From Bdellovibrionota bacterium (lineage in GTDB: Bacteria; Bdellovibrionota_C; UBA2361; JBIKUX01), in the NCBI GenBank assembly GCA_044347345.1, contig JBIKUX010000002.1, positions 73,235 to 137,234 on the forward strand: DNA of 64,000 bases. Reading direction: 5' to 3'. Under the pieces are notes generated by a model. It was not told the origin of the DNA and ran no database searches. It was given only the letters and a program-made list of their open reading frames with translations. The translations under genes and the position numbers were made by a program. Positions within the stretch are counted from its first letter, which is position 1, and each line of letters opens with the position of its first letter. Positions 38,149 to 48,279 of the stretch are shown here, piece by piece.

Positions 38149-39925
38149 TTATGTTAGCTTGAATAGTAGTATTACCTTGAAATGAATTCTTATCCGGCTT
38201 AAAAGCGATATCAATCTTTTTTCCTTTTCTTAAAGCCGGATGATCCTTGGTTCGCCAACACACACCCGAAAGCGCCCCAGAATCATCTCTAACCACAACT
38301 TTAGTATGACCTCCCTTTAATTCTGTAACATCTGTAACAACAACATCTCGAGCTACTAATACTGGTGATTTATTACCTACGCCAAAAGGTCCAAGCTTCG
38401 GCAGTTCCTCAACTAAAGACATAGTAATCTCAACACACTTTACTTGCGTATCTGCCACTACACTTGGAATAAAAACTTCAAAATTCTCAGCCTGACGGAT
38501 ACATTCTAAATTAAATTCACTCTGAAATTTATCAATATTTTTTGCCTCTATAGCAAATCCACCTGCTCCTTCATGACCACCATATTTAATAAGAAGAGGC
38601 TCTAATTTCTCTAATAATGAAACTACACTTATACCTGGAATACTTCGTACCGACCCCTTAAATACCCCCTCACCGTCTGCACCAAGAACCGCAGCCGGTC
38701 GATAGTACTCCTCAGTTAGACGTTGAGCTACAATTCCAATAACACCAGTATGATAATCAGCACCCCAAACAACTATACCCCATGGCAATATGTTGCCTGA
38801 CTTAATGAATTTATCAGCGCACTCCTTAACTCTTTTCTCAACTTTTTGCCTCTCATCATTTAAGTCATGTAATTGCTTAGCAATACGGCGAGCAGTTATA
38901 GCACAATTAGTTGTTAGTAATTCAATAACAACACTTCCATTTATCAAACGACCGGCTGCATTAATTCGCGGTCCAAAGCCAAATCCAATATCATGGCAAC
39001 GAACCTCTTTGGTAATACCCAGTACTTCCTTTAAAGCTATAAGTCCCGGCCTTTTAGTATGAGTCAGTAATTCAAGTCCTCTCTTTGCGATTACTCTATT
39101 AACCCCAACAAGCGGAACCATATCGCATACCGTGCCAAGACAAGCGAGGTCTAAGAAATCACGCGCTTTTACCTCTAATGCTTGTGTTAGCTGTTTTCTC
39201 AAACCTATTATTAAATACCAACACAATCCAGCAGCAGAGAGCGTTCCTTCAGCAAAACCGCACTCCTTTTGATGAGGGTTAATAAAAATATCAGCATCAC
39301 ATTCCTCCATTCCCATGTGATGATGGTCGATTACAATCGAACAAAGACCTTTCGAGCGAGCATAATCCAACTCTATTTTATTTTTAGTACCAAAATCTAC
39401 TGTAATAATAAGCGATGCGTTGTTGGACACGGCATCATCAATGATTCGCTTATTTAATCCATATCCATCAGTAAATCTGTCTGGCACAAAAGATATAATT
39501 TTTGCTCCAACAGAGGAAAGAAAAGCGCAAAGCTGCGCCCCTCCAGAAAGACCGTCAACATCAAAATCATTAGTGATAGCGATTATTTCCTCACGCTCTA
39601 TCGCCTGAGCAATCCTTTTACACGCCTCATCTAAGTTTTTCAAAGATTGAGGCGGTAAAAGACCGTCTTGAAGTGATGGTGAAAGAAATTGAGATAATCG
39701 CTCACTAACGATAAAACCACGAGCTGATAATACTCTCGATGTTACCAAGCTAAGTCCGGATGCTCCGGCAATTTTTAACGATTCTTTAATCTCTTGGGGT
39801 CTTAGAGAGATTTTCGCATAAGAACGCTTTAGAGACGTACCCTTCAATACAGAATCATTATTCGGGGATAAATTGAGTTGCCGCCGTAATTCTGGAGATA
39901 AATCCTGTAAGTAGCTTAATTGCAT
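38129..39925 (-). CDS. recJ: ssDNA exonuclease RecJ (true start probably somewhat downstream)
   Basis: DFDVDG, TVDFG, IDHH, GTVCD, GPRINAAGR, GSVRS, GGH.GAGG. Confidence 0.95.
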   Translation of the reverse strand: MQLSYLQDLSPELRRQLNLSPNNDSVLKGTSLKRSYAKISLRPQEIKESLKIAGASGLSLVTSRVLSARGFIVSERLSQFLSPSLQDGLLPPQSLKNLDEACKRIAQAIEREEIIAITNDFDVDGLSGGAQLCAFLSSVGAKIISFVPDRFTDGYGLNKRIIDDAVSNNASLIITVDFGTKNKIELDYARSKGLCSIVIDHHHMGMEECDADIFINPHQKECGFAEGTLSAAGLCWYLIIGLRKQLTQALEVKARDFLDLACLGTVCDMVPLVGVNRVIAKRGLELLTHTKRPGLIALKEVLGITKEVRCHDIGFGFGPRINAAGRLINGSVVIELLTTNCAITARRIAKQLHDLNDERQKVEKRVKECADKFIKSGNILPWGIVVWGADYHTGVIGIVAQRLTEEYYRPAAVLGADGEGVFKGSVRSIPGISVVSLLEKLEPLLIKYGGHEGAGGFAIEAKNIDKFQSEFNLECIRQAENFEVFIPSVVADTQVKCVEITMSLVEELPKLGPFGVGNKSPVLVARDVVVTDVTELKGGHTKVVVRDDSGALSGVCWRTKDHPALRKGKKIDIAFKPDKNSFQGNTTIQANIIAAQEL

Positions 39926-40922
39926 TGTCTAAATCTTTAATACTGCACAATTCTACTTGAGTATGCATATACCTGTTGGGTATTTGCACCGCACCTGTGG
40001 CAACTCCTCCCCTCGTAATTTGCATCGCATTAGCATCATTACCTAGTGGTCTCGAGTCTGGATTAATTTGCACCGGTATTCTACTACGTTTGGCTGAATC
40101 GAGAAGAAGCTTTTCCACTACTGGATTCGCGTTAGGGCCTCTAACAATTGATGGCCCAGCACCTAGCTTGCAAGAAGAAGCTTTAGTATCATCTGAGCCT
40201 GGATTGTCTGTTGCATGTACTACATCTATCGCAATACCAACTTCTGGATCAACTGCGTAGGAGGCTGTATGTGCTCCTCTTAGCCCAACCTCCTCCTGCA
40301 CCGTACTTACCGCATACAACGCTACTGAAATCTTCTTTTGAGAACAAAGTCTAGCTACCTCAATTGCTACAAATAAACCTACCCGATTATCAATGCCAGC
40401 TCCAGCAATAATTCCGTTACGAAGCTCTGTAGCTCCTAAAGAAAAAGTTACAGGATCCCCAATTTGAATGATTTCCTCTACTTCAGCTTTTGACTTAGCT
40501 CCAATATCAAGCCACATTTTTTTTAATTCAAGGGTCATTTTTGATCTTTCTTCATTTGTCTGAAAATGAATTGGCTTACGACCAAAAACTCCAGTGATAG
40601 GACCATTTTTTGTATGGACAGTTGCATGAGCTCCAGGAACTACACCTGCATCAATCCCACCTAAGGCACTTACCCATATATAACCTTCCTTATCAATGTA
40701 GCGAACCATAAAACCAATTTGGTCGCAATGACCTGCAAGCATCACGCGACGCTTAGCTCGTACATTAACTCCTACAATCACATTTCCATGCAGATCCGTT
40801 TTAACTTCGTCGGCAAAACCTTTTACATACTCTCTTACGACTCTCTGGATAGGTTGCTCAAAGCCAGTAGGTGATGGAGTTGACAAAAGAGAAAACAGAA
40901 AATCTTTAGCTTCTTTTTGCAT
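39858..40922 (-). CDS. M42-family metallo-aminopeptidase
   Basis: SPTGFE, GHCDQIG, DNRVG, VQEEVGLRGA, RYMHT. Confidence 0.92.
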   Translation of the reverse strand: MQKEAKDFLFSLLSTPSPTGFEQPIQRVVREYVKGFADEVKTDLHGNVIVGVNVRAKRRVMLAGHCDQIGFMVRYIDKEGYIWVSALGGIDAGVVPGAHATVHTKNGPITGVFGRKPIHFQTNEERSKMTLELKKMWLDIGAKSKAEVEEIIQIGDPVTFSLGATELRNGIIAGAGIDNRVGLFVAIEVARLCSQKKISVALYAVSTVQEEVGLRGAHTASYAVDPEVGIAIDVVHATDNPGSDDTKASSCKLGAGPSIVRGPNANPVVEKLLLDSAKRSRIPVQINPDSRPLGNDANAMQITRGGVATGAVQIPNRYMHTQVELCSIKDLDNAIKLLTGFISRITAATQFIPE

Positions 40923-41002
40923 AAAAATGTTACGTGAATAAAAAATGTTCTTAAACCTACTGCATATAATATTACTGTCTCAAGTTAAGCTACATTAAAA
41001 AA

Positions 41003-41764
41003 TTAATTAAACTGTCGCCTTTCAAAAAAGAAAGTTGCTAAAAAGAGTAGAATAAATGAATAAGATACCGCATAAACCAATGAATAAATCATATTCTGTC
41101 CTGATCTCAGGATACTAAATACCGCTTCATTTCCAGCATAAAGGGAGTCTAGATGAGGTACAATCCAGTAACATAACTGTATGGCGGAAGAATTTATTAA
41201 TTTTGCAAAATCCACCATGGATGAAGCTGAACGTCCGACAACAAAGAAAAAAAATGTAAATAAACCGATTAAAAGTGGAGTGACGACAATTGAGGAAAAA
41301 AATATTGATGCAGCACTAATTATTAGTCCCTCTAAAATAATATAAAATAAGGCCTGTACTAACGGCAAAGATAATTTGCCTTCGTAACAAGCTACATAAA
41401 GTAAAAGACCGATTCCCATACCGCCAACAAGCACGATTGAAATTGTGCTTATACCAAAAAATTTTCCGAGCAAAAATTCTCTTCTGGGAACCGATTTACT
41501 AAGTATATTGTAGATGGTTTTTTTTGCTAACTCCTTCTGCAAAAGAGAAGCTCCTGCTATAACTGCAAATAACACATTAAAAAGAGATATACTAAAAATT
41601 CCAAAATCCTTAATTATTTTTAGAGGGTCACCTACTGCTACACTGCCATAAAAACTCGAAAGGGAGACAACCATCACAGCAAAAAAAGGTATGATAAATA
41701 ATATCTTACTTCTGAGTATTTCCAAGAAAGTAATACGAAATACGGCTAATATTCTTTCAACCAT
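41003..41764 (-). CDS. ABC-2 permease, PilI-like
   Basis: Six TM segments, ELAKKTIYNILSKSVPRREFLLGKFFG. Confidence 0.8.
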   Translation of the reverse strand: MVERILAVFRITFLEILRSKILFIIPFFAVMVVSLSSFYGSVAVGDPLKIIKDFGIFSISLFNVLFAVIAGASLLQKELAKKTIYNILSKSVPRREFLLGKFFGISTISIVLVGGMGIGLLLYVACYEGKLSLPLVQALFYIILEGLIISAASIFFSSIVVTPLLIGLFTFFFFVVGRSASSMVDFAKLINSSAIQLCYWIVPHLDSLYAGNEAVFSILRSGQNMIYSLVYAVSYSFILLFLATFFFERRQFN

Positions 41765-42722
41765 TATGACCTCCTTGGGCTAAATCAATCTCATCCTGCA
41801 CTAAATCTCGGAATAACTGCGTGAGATTAAGTTGAGCTGGGCGATACTGCTCAAGCACCATAATTTTTGAATTAATTACTTCTTTTAAAAACGGTGCAGC
41901 ACTCTCGTGCTGATCACAGATTACTACAATAGAATCACCCTCTCTTCTTATTTTTGCACCATCAGGAAGTTTGGAAAGAAACATTTCACCTCCCAAACGA
42001 TCAAGCACTACTTCAACCTGCCGTTGACTATCTTTTCGACGAGTTGCAAGATCAACTATACCGCGCAAAGTACCTTTAGCTACAATAGCAGCTTTTTCAC
42101 ATAAAAATTCGATGTCTGACAAAATATGTGAGCACAAAAAAAGAGTTGTGCCCTCTTGCTTTAGCGCAAAAAATAACTCTCTAAACTCTTGGCGACCAAT
42201 TGGATCTAAACCAGAAAAAGGTTCATCTAGTATGAGCAATTTAGGACGAGCTACTATAGCCTGTGCCATAGCAAGACGCTGCATAAGACCCTTTGATAAG
42301 GATCTGACAGCAAAATTATCTCGTCCTACCAAGTTAACTCTCTCAAGAGCCTTATCAACCGCATCTTTGCGTTCGTGAGACTTAACACCACCTAACGTTG
42401 CATATACCTCCATCAGTTCCCGTACCCGCAAATTATCATAAAAATAAGGTTGCTCTGGTACATAGCCAACGCTTCTACGAGAAGTAACTTGATAATTAGG
42501 CACACCAGAAATAAAAACATCACCCGTATGACGCACCAATCGCAAAATACATTTGATCGTTGTTGTTTTTCCCGCCCCATTAGGTCCAAGAAAGCCGAAA
42601 CACTCACCTTGTGCCACGTTAATAGAAAGATTCTTTAATGCATGCACCGGCACCAGAGTAAAGTCTTTCCGGTAAGTATAAGAAAGATTCTCAATTAGAA
42701 GAGCTGATTCATTATCTTTCAT
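41757..42722 (-). CDS. ABC ATPase, PilH-like
   Basis: GPNGAGKTT, PEQPYFYD, LSKGLMQR, LDEPFSGLDPIGR. Confidence 0.88.
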   Translation of the reverse strand: MKDNESALLIENLSYTYRKDFTLVPVHALKNLSINVAQGECFGFLGPNGAGKTTTIKCILRLVRHTGDVFISGVPNYQVTSRRSVGYVPEQPYFYDNLRVRELMEVYATLGGVKSHERKDAVDKALERVNLVGRDNFAVRSLSKGLMQRLAMAQAIVARPKLLILDEPFSGLDPIGRQEFRELFFALKQEGTTLFLCSHILSDIEFLCEKAAIVAKGTLRGIVDLATRRKDSQRQVEVVLDRLGGEMFLSKLPDGAKIRREGDSIVVICDQHESAAPFLKEVINSKIMVLEQYRPAQLNLTQLFRDLVQDEIDLAQGGHNG

Positions 42723-42788
42723 TTCTTGAAATACCTTCTCTTTTTGAATTTACTTTAAAGTTTTTCGATGACACACTTCATCGTCTAT

Positions 42789-43460
42789 CTAATGAATTTT
42801 TTCTCGAATCTCGGTAAACTTCTTTCTCATAACTGCTTGCACGTTAAGGTCAGGTACTGCGGCTAAAATAGAGTCAAAATCTTTTTCAGATCTTAGATTC
42901 CCCTCTTTTTGTGCAAATTCAACTACAAGGCGAGAAATATCAGGAGGTACATTAGGTTTTGTGATAGCTTGCGCGATATCTGCACGAGCACCTTTAATAT
43001 CATTTTCTAAATCGTAGCGTATCATACCTCTCAGGTATGGTATTAACCATTCGTCAGGCAAAGCTTCCATCCCCCAAGAAAGAACTTCCTTTGCTGCTAC
43101 CAGATCTCCCACTTCATAGGCAATTAACATTCCACAAAATGGATAAATGTAGTGAGCCTTTGGATCTAACTTGGCTGCACTCTTACAAAATTTCACCAAA
43201 TGACGATAATCACCATCGGAATGAAAACGCCGTCCAAAAAATCCTATTCCATTAAACCAGATAATATCTGCTAAAACATTTTTAAACTGTAAGCTTACTA
43301 ATTGTAAAACATCTTCTCTGGGAAGATATCTTATCTCAGAGGCATGATCAGCCTCATAGGGAATCTCTCTTGGTAAAGAATTTTTAAAACCAGAGTCACT
43401 CCAAGCGCATAAAAAAATACTGAATAAAAACGAACCTAAGGCATAGAATTTGTGTGCCAT
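42789..43460 (-). CDS. PilG/XapA-like TPR-type accessory protein
   Basis: LADIIW, LDP..YIY, GM...P.EW.IPY.G pattern; position before the pilH/pilI-like genes. Confidence 0.6.
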   Translation of the reverse strand: MAHKFYALGSFLFSIFLCAWSDSGFKNSLPREIPYEADHASEIRYLPREDVLQLVSLQFKNVLADIIWFNGIGFFGRRFHSDGDYRHLVKFCKSAAKLDPKAHYIYPFCGMLIAYEVGDLVAAKEVLSWGMEALPDEWLIPYLRGMIRYDLENDIKGARADIAQAITKPNVPPDISRLVVEFAQKEGNLRSEKDFDSILAAVPDLNVQAVMRKKFTEIREKIH

Positions 43461-43682
43461 AATATGCAGTAGATCTTTAATAAGCTCTAAGAGAACGTTT
43501 GCTCTTAAAATGGAGGAAATTAGAACTACCTAGCGGTTGTTGGTTAACTCTCTTCCTCAACTCTCCCCAACCAAATAATTTTACCAATATGATGCGGAAA
43601 ATAAAAATTAGGCAGCAAAAATCTTAGATGGGAAAGATTTAAGTATAAAGGTAAAAATCTGCCGGCCTTAAAACTACGATTT

Positions 43683-44546
43683 TTAAAATTTAAGATCAGC
43701 CACTAAAAGAATTAAAAGTAACGGTAAATAAGCTATAGATGCTCTTAAGACTTTTCTCGCATCGCTTACAGAATGGCTCTTAGATAAGACCCAACCGTAC
43801 CATACCATCATAGCTCCTAAAATGACGGCACCAACAAGATAAATCGACCCAGACATACCTACAGCAAAAGGGACAACTGATACACCTAATAACAATAGCG
43901 AAAAGCCTAAAATCTGACGAAAGGTTCTGATGCCATCAGGCTCAACCACCGGTAACATCTTTAATCCTCCTCTTTCGTAATCTTCGCGATACATCCATGC
44001 GATAGCGTAAAAGTGAGGATGTTGCCACAGAAATAGCAAACAAAATAACAACCAGGCGCCAATACCAAGCTCACCGGTAGCGGCCGACCAACCTCCCATA
44101 GGGGGAAGAGCACCTGGTATTGCTCCAATAGCAGTATTAAGCCAAGTGGTACGCTTAAGCGGAGTGTAAACAAGCACATATAAAAAAGAAGTAAGTAGAG
44201 CAAGGAATCCAGTCAAAAGATTAACCCCCACGACTAAAAGTGAGGTACCGGCAAGAGTCAAAAAAATACCAAATGACAACGCCGCCAACGGAGAAATCTG
44301 CCCTCTTGGAAGAGGACGCAAACAAGTACGACGCATTCTTGCGTCAACATCGCGCTCTAAATATTGATTAAGAACACTCGCTCCTGAACAACTCAACCAA
44401 GTACCCAAGAGCATAATCGCAAAAACAGAAACCGGAGATAAAACTCCTCCACTCGCAAGAAAAAAGCCAAGAGCCGCAGTAATCACCACCATTAAAGCGA
44501 TGCGAGGCTTAGTAAGAGATATATAAAGTTGAATTTGCTTACGCAT
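43683..44546 (-). CDS. ctaB: Protoheme IX farnesyltransferase (heme O synthase)
   Basis: LTKPRI, D.RMRRT..RPLP.G, YTPLKR, GAIPGALPP, WQHPHF. Confidence 0.95.
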   Translation of the reverse strand: MRKQIQLYISLTKPRIALMVVITAALGFFLASGGVLSPVSVFAIMLLGTWLSCSGASVLNQYLERDVDARMRRTCLRPLPRGQISPLAALSFGIFLTLAGTSLLVVGVNLLTGFLALLTSFLYVLVYTPLKRTTWLNTAIGAIPGALPPMGGWSAATGELGIGAWLLFCLLFLWQHPHFYAIAWMYREDYERGGLKMLPVVEPDGIRTFRQILGFSLLLLGVSVVPFAVGMSGSIYLVGAVILGAMMVWYGWVLSKSHSVSDARKVLRASIAYLPLLLILLVADLKF

Positions 44547-44656
44547 GAAAAAACATCCGCAATAAACTGCGCTCAGGCAGTAGTGTACCCTAATCTTTCT
44601 AGAAGTGCACCTTTGTTGCTCATCTGTAAATATCTAATAGATTCAATTGATAACAA

Positions 44657-45586
44657 TCAAAACTCAAATCGCCTAGGACGACTTATAAGTGCCTGAACTA
44701 ATTGATTACAAGAAACTGACCCATCCAATAAAGATGCAATACCTTTAATAATTGGAGCTTCGATACAAAATTTATGCGCCATTTTCGCAAGCAGTGGAGC
44801 CGCTGAGACTCCCTCTGCAGTCTGCCCTACCGTAGCGAGCGCTTCCTTCAAAGTTAGGCCTTTACCTAAATTATAACCAACCTGCCAGTTACGACTCTGC
44901 CTTGAACTACCCGTCATTAAAAGATCACCGAGCCCGGTAAGTCCAATTATTGTTTGCGGATCCCCTCCAAGTGGATTGGCAAATCGCATCATTTCTGCCA
45001 GACCACGGGTCAAAAGAGAGGCTCTTATTGATTCTCCCAGTCCTAATCCTTCAGCCATTCCGGTAGCAATAGCGATCACATTTTTTATTATACCACCAAT
45101 TTCGATACCAAGAGGATCTCTAGAAAGATAAACACGTAAAAAAGAAGCTTCAAAAGAGCAAGCGAGAATTTCAGCTATTTGAGGCTCAAAGGCACCAATT
45201 ACTAAAGTGCTCATCATGCGCTCTTGCAATTCTTTGGCAAACAATGGCCCGCCAAGAACCGCAAATTTAGCTCGGTCTCCTCCCACTCGGCTCCAAGCTT
45301 CTGCAACTGTTAAACTAGACTTTGTAAGCCCTTTTACTGCACTAAGAAGAATAGAAGAATGTAATTGAGCTTTAATTGTAGGTAATAAATCTTCAACTAC
45401 AATAGCAGGCAGAGCTAGAACAATAGCATCGACACCACGAAGATGAGATATCTCCGAACACCATTTATATGAAGCTCCATGTATTTGTGAACGTGACCAA
45501 GCAATTACCTTTCTTTTATTATTTGATAGATGAGTGGCTAATGCACACCCCCATCGCCCCTGACCTACTACTCCAAAGGTCTCCAT
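44657..45586 (-). CDS. gpsA: NAD(P)H-dependent glycerol-3-phosphate dehydrogenase
   Basis: GQGRWG, GPLFAKE, KNVIAIA.G, GLGDL..T, SRN, AEG. Confidence 0.93.
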   Translation of the reverse strand: METFGVVGQGRWGCALATHLSNNKRKVIAWSRSQIHGASYKWCSEISHLRGVDAIVLALPAIVVEDLLPTIKAQLHSSILLSAVKGLTKSSLTVAEAWSRVGGDRAKFAVLGGPLFAKELQERMMSTLVIGAFEPQIAEILACSFEASFLRVYLSRDPLGIEIGGIIKNVIAIATGMAEGLGLGESIRASLLTRGLAEMMRFANPLGGDPQTIIGLTGLGDLLMTGSSRQSRNWQVGYNLGKGLTLKEALATVGQTAEGVSAAPLLAKMAHKFCIEAPIIKGIASLLDGSVSCNQLVQALISRPRRFEF

Positions 45587-45634
45587 TAATGTACTCTAGT
45601 AAATTAATTTAACAGTGATTTATTTTACTGCTCA

Positions 45635-45677
45635 GGTATTTTTAGGGTATTTTTACAAAATTTTTACGGTATTTCTA
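45635..45677. repeat. Imperfect 11-bp tandem repeat (GGTATTTTTAN x4)
   Basis: Units start at 45635, 45646, 45657 (degenerate) and 45668. Confidence 0.65.
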
Positions 45678-45680
45678 TGA

Positions 45681-48251
45681 TCAACTGACTTCGGAAGTTG
45701 AGTCTTCTTCTTGATCGTTAACGAAATGAGCAACAGCTACAACTTTTTCGTCAGCTTCAAGATTAATAAGTCTAACCCCCAAGGTATTCCTTCCGATCAC
45801 TGGTACATCAGCTGTACGCAATCTGATAATCTTACCCCCAGATGTAATCAACATAAATTCGGCATTCTCTTGATATTCAGCTACAGCACTTACCACAAGG
45901 CCATTACGGGTACCAATACCAGCTTGAATATCAATGATCCCTTTTCCTGATCGTTTCTGAGATCTATAGTCAGACAGTGGCGTACGCTTTCCGTAACCAA
46001 ACTCACATACAGTAACTAACATGCCATCAGAACTTTTATTAATCTCTTTATTATTTAATGACTCCCCGGAAACTAAACTGTTTGCTTGAGATGAAAGCTC
46101 AGGCTTACTAGCTAGTGCAGTTGAACCAGTCGTACCAAATAAAACAGTCATACTGACTAAAAAATCATTCTCAGAAAGTTCTATCCCCTTAACACCCCGA
46201 GCCACACGCCCCATTGCTCTAACATCTGACTCAGGAAATCGAATAGATAAACCTGACTGAGTGGCAAGAAGAACATCATCGCCCTCTCGGACAAGATCTA
46301 CTGCTATCAGCACATCATTGTCATCGAGAACGCAGGCAATTACCCCTCCTCTTCTTGATTTTGAAAACTCCATTAAAGGAATTTTCTTCACAACTCCTTG
46401 CTTTGTCGCCATCATTACAAAACGCTGATCATCAAACTCACGCACTGAAAGTATAGTAGCGACACCCTCACCATCACGTAGGTCTAACAAGTTGACTAAA
46501 GCTCTACCTCTACCGATACGGCTAGCCTCAGGTATTTCATAAACTTTCAACCAATGAAGTCTTCCAAGAGTAGTAAACGCTAGTAAAGATGCATGAGTTG
46601 AAGCAACGAAAAGATGCTCGACAAAATCTTCGTCTCTTGTAGCTACTCCAGCAATACCTTTACCACCCCGCTTTTGAGCACGATACTCAGCAATTGATGT
46701 ACGACGGATATATCCCTGATGGCTGATCGTAACTACCATCTCTTCATCTTCTATGAAGTCTTCAATTACTAACTCATCAGGAGTATCAATAATTTGAGTT
46801 CGTCGAGGACTTGTAAACTGATCACGTAAAACAAGAGTTTCTCTGCGAATTACTTCGTCTATTCGTATGGGACTCTCTAAAATAGCCGAAAGCCTTTCTA
46901 TTTCAGCTTTCAACTCTTCATATTCTCGCTCTATAGCAAGACGTTCTAATCCGGTTAGTTTTTGCAAACGAAGATCAAGAATTGCTTGCGCTTGTAATTG
47001 AGAGAAAGAAAATCTCGATTGTAAAACTTCACGAGCTTCAACCGGTGAATCTGCACCTTTAATGATAGCAATAACTTCATCAATATTTAGAAGAGCTATC
47101 CGGAAACCTTCTAGCAAATGCATGCGGGCACGAGCTTGACGAAGCTCATAAGTAGTTCGACGAGTAACTACATCTCTTCGATGATTGAGAAAATGCTCAA
47201 GTAACTGACGTAAAGAGCAAATTACTGGCTTACCCTCAACAATAGCTAAATTAATAATACCAAAGCTAGTTTGAAGAGGGGTACTCTTATAAAGCTGATT
47301 GAGCACTACTTCAGCAGTCGCATCACGCTTCAACTCAATAACTATTCGCATACCATGACGATCAGATTCATCACGAAGCTTCGATATCCCTTCAATCTCT
47401 TTGGCATTTACTAACTCAGCGATCCGCTCAATCAAACGAGCCTTATTTACTTGGAAAGGAATCTCTGTGATGACGATTGCCTCAACTTCGCGCGAATTCC
47501 CTTTAATTTTCTCTATATCAGCTTTGCCCCGAACCTGAACCACTCCCTTTCCACTGCGATAAGCTGCACGAAAAGAGCTGGTACCAAGAATAATTCCTCC
47601 AGTGGGAAAATCAGGGCCAGGTACGCAAGCTAGCAACTGTTCCACTGAGCAATTTGGCTCATCTATTAAGAGAACTAATGCATCAATAATTTCGATTAAG
47701 TTATGAGGTGGCATGTGAGTTGCCATGCCTACAGCTATTCCACTAGCTCCGTTAATAAGTAAATTTGGAACTACAGCAGGAAATACCGTGGGCTCTGTAT
47801 GAGAGTCATCAAAGTTTGGGATGAAATCTACCGTTTCCTTGTCTATATCTTCAAGGAGCTTTTCAGCGATTGGCGTCATTCTACTTTCGGTATATCGATA
47901 TGCCGCTGGTGGGTCGCCATCAATCGAACCAAAGTTACCCTGTCCATCAACAAGAGGGTAACGAAGACTCCAAGATTGAGCCAATCGAACTAAGGCTTCA
48001 TAAACTGGAGCATCTCCATGCGGATGATAACGCTTTAATACCTCGCCAACCACACCAGCACACTTAGAGTGCTTACGATTAGAAAGTAATCCTTCACGAT
48101 ACATCGCATATAAAACTCTTCTTTGAACTGGCTTTAATCCATCACGCACATCAGGAAGAGCTCGCCCTACAATCACACTCATTGCGTAGTCCATGTAAGA
48201 CTGACGCATTTCATCTTCAATCGTTATAGAAAGGATCGATAAATCTTCCAT
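45681..48251 (-). CDS. gyrA: DNA gyrase subunit A
   Basis: [23 protein letters not shown] active Tyr, GyrA box QKRGGKG. Confidence 0.97.
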   Translation of the reverse strand: MEDLSILSITIEDEMRQSYMDYAMSVIVGRALPDVRDGLKPVQRRVLYAMYREGLLSNRKHSKCAGVVGEVLKRYHPHGDAPVYEALVRLAQSWSLRYPLVDGQGNFGSIDGDPPAAYRYTESRMTPIAEKLLEDIDKETVDFIPNFDDSHTEPTVFPAVVPNLLINGASGIAVGMATHMPPHNLIEIIDALVLLIDEPNCSVEQLLACVPGPDFPTGGIILGTSSFRAAYRSGKGVVQVRGKADIEKIKGNSREVEAIVITEIPFQVNKARLIERIAELVNAKEIEGISKLRDESDRHGMRIVIELKRDATAEVVLNQLYKSTPLQTSFGIINLAIVEGKPVICSLRQLLEHFLNHRRDVVTRRTTYELRQARARMHLLEGFRIALLNIDEVIAIIKGADSPVEAREVLQSRFSFSQLQAQAILDLRLQKLTGLERLAIEREYEELKAEIERLSAILESPIRIDEVIRRETLVLRDQFTSPRRTQIIDTPDELVIEDFIEDEEMVVTISHQGYIRRTSIAEYRAQKRGGKGIAGVATRDEDFVEHLFVASTHASLLAFTTLGRLHWLKVYEIPEASRIGRGRALVNLLDLRDGEGVATILSVREFDDQRFVMMATKQGVVKKIPLMEFSKSRRGGVIACVLDDNDVLIAVDLVREGDDVLLATQSGLSIRFPESDVRAMGRVARGVKGIELSENDFLVSMTVLFGTTGSTALASKPELSSQANSLVSGESLNNKEINKSSDGMLVTVCEFGYGKRTPLSDYRSQKRSGKGIIDIQAGIGTRNGLVVSAVAEYQENAEFMLITSGGKIIRLRTADVPVIGRNTLGVRLINLEADEKVVAVAHFVNDQEEDSTSEVS

Positions 48252-48279
48252 GCTCTATCTTTACCGCCTAGAAATAAAA

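Noticed and set aside
39858..39925. 68-bp overlap between the M42 peptidase gene and recJ
   Set aside because: Most simply an over-extended recJ start call
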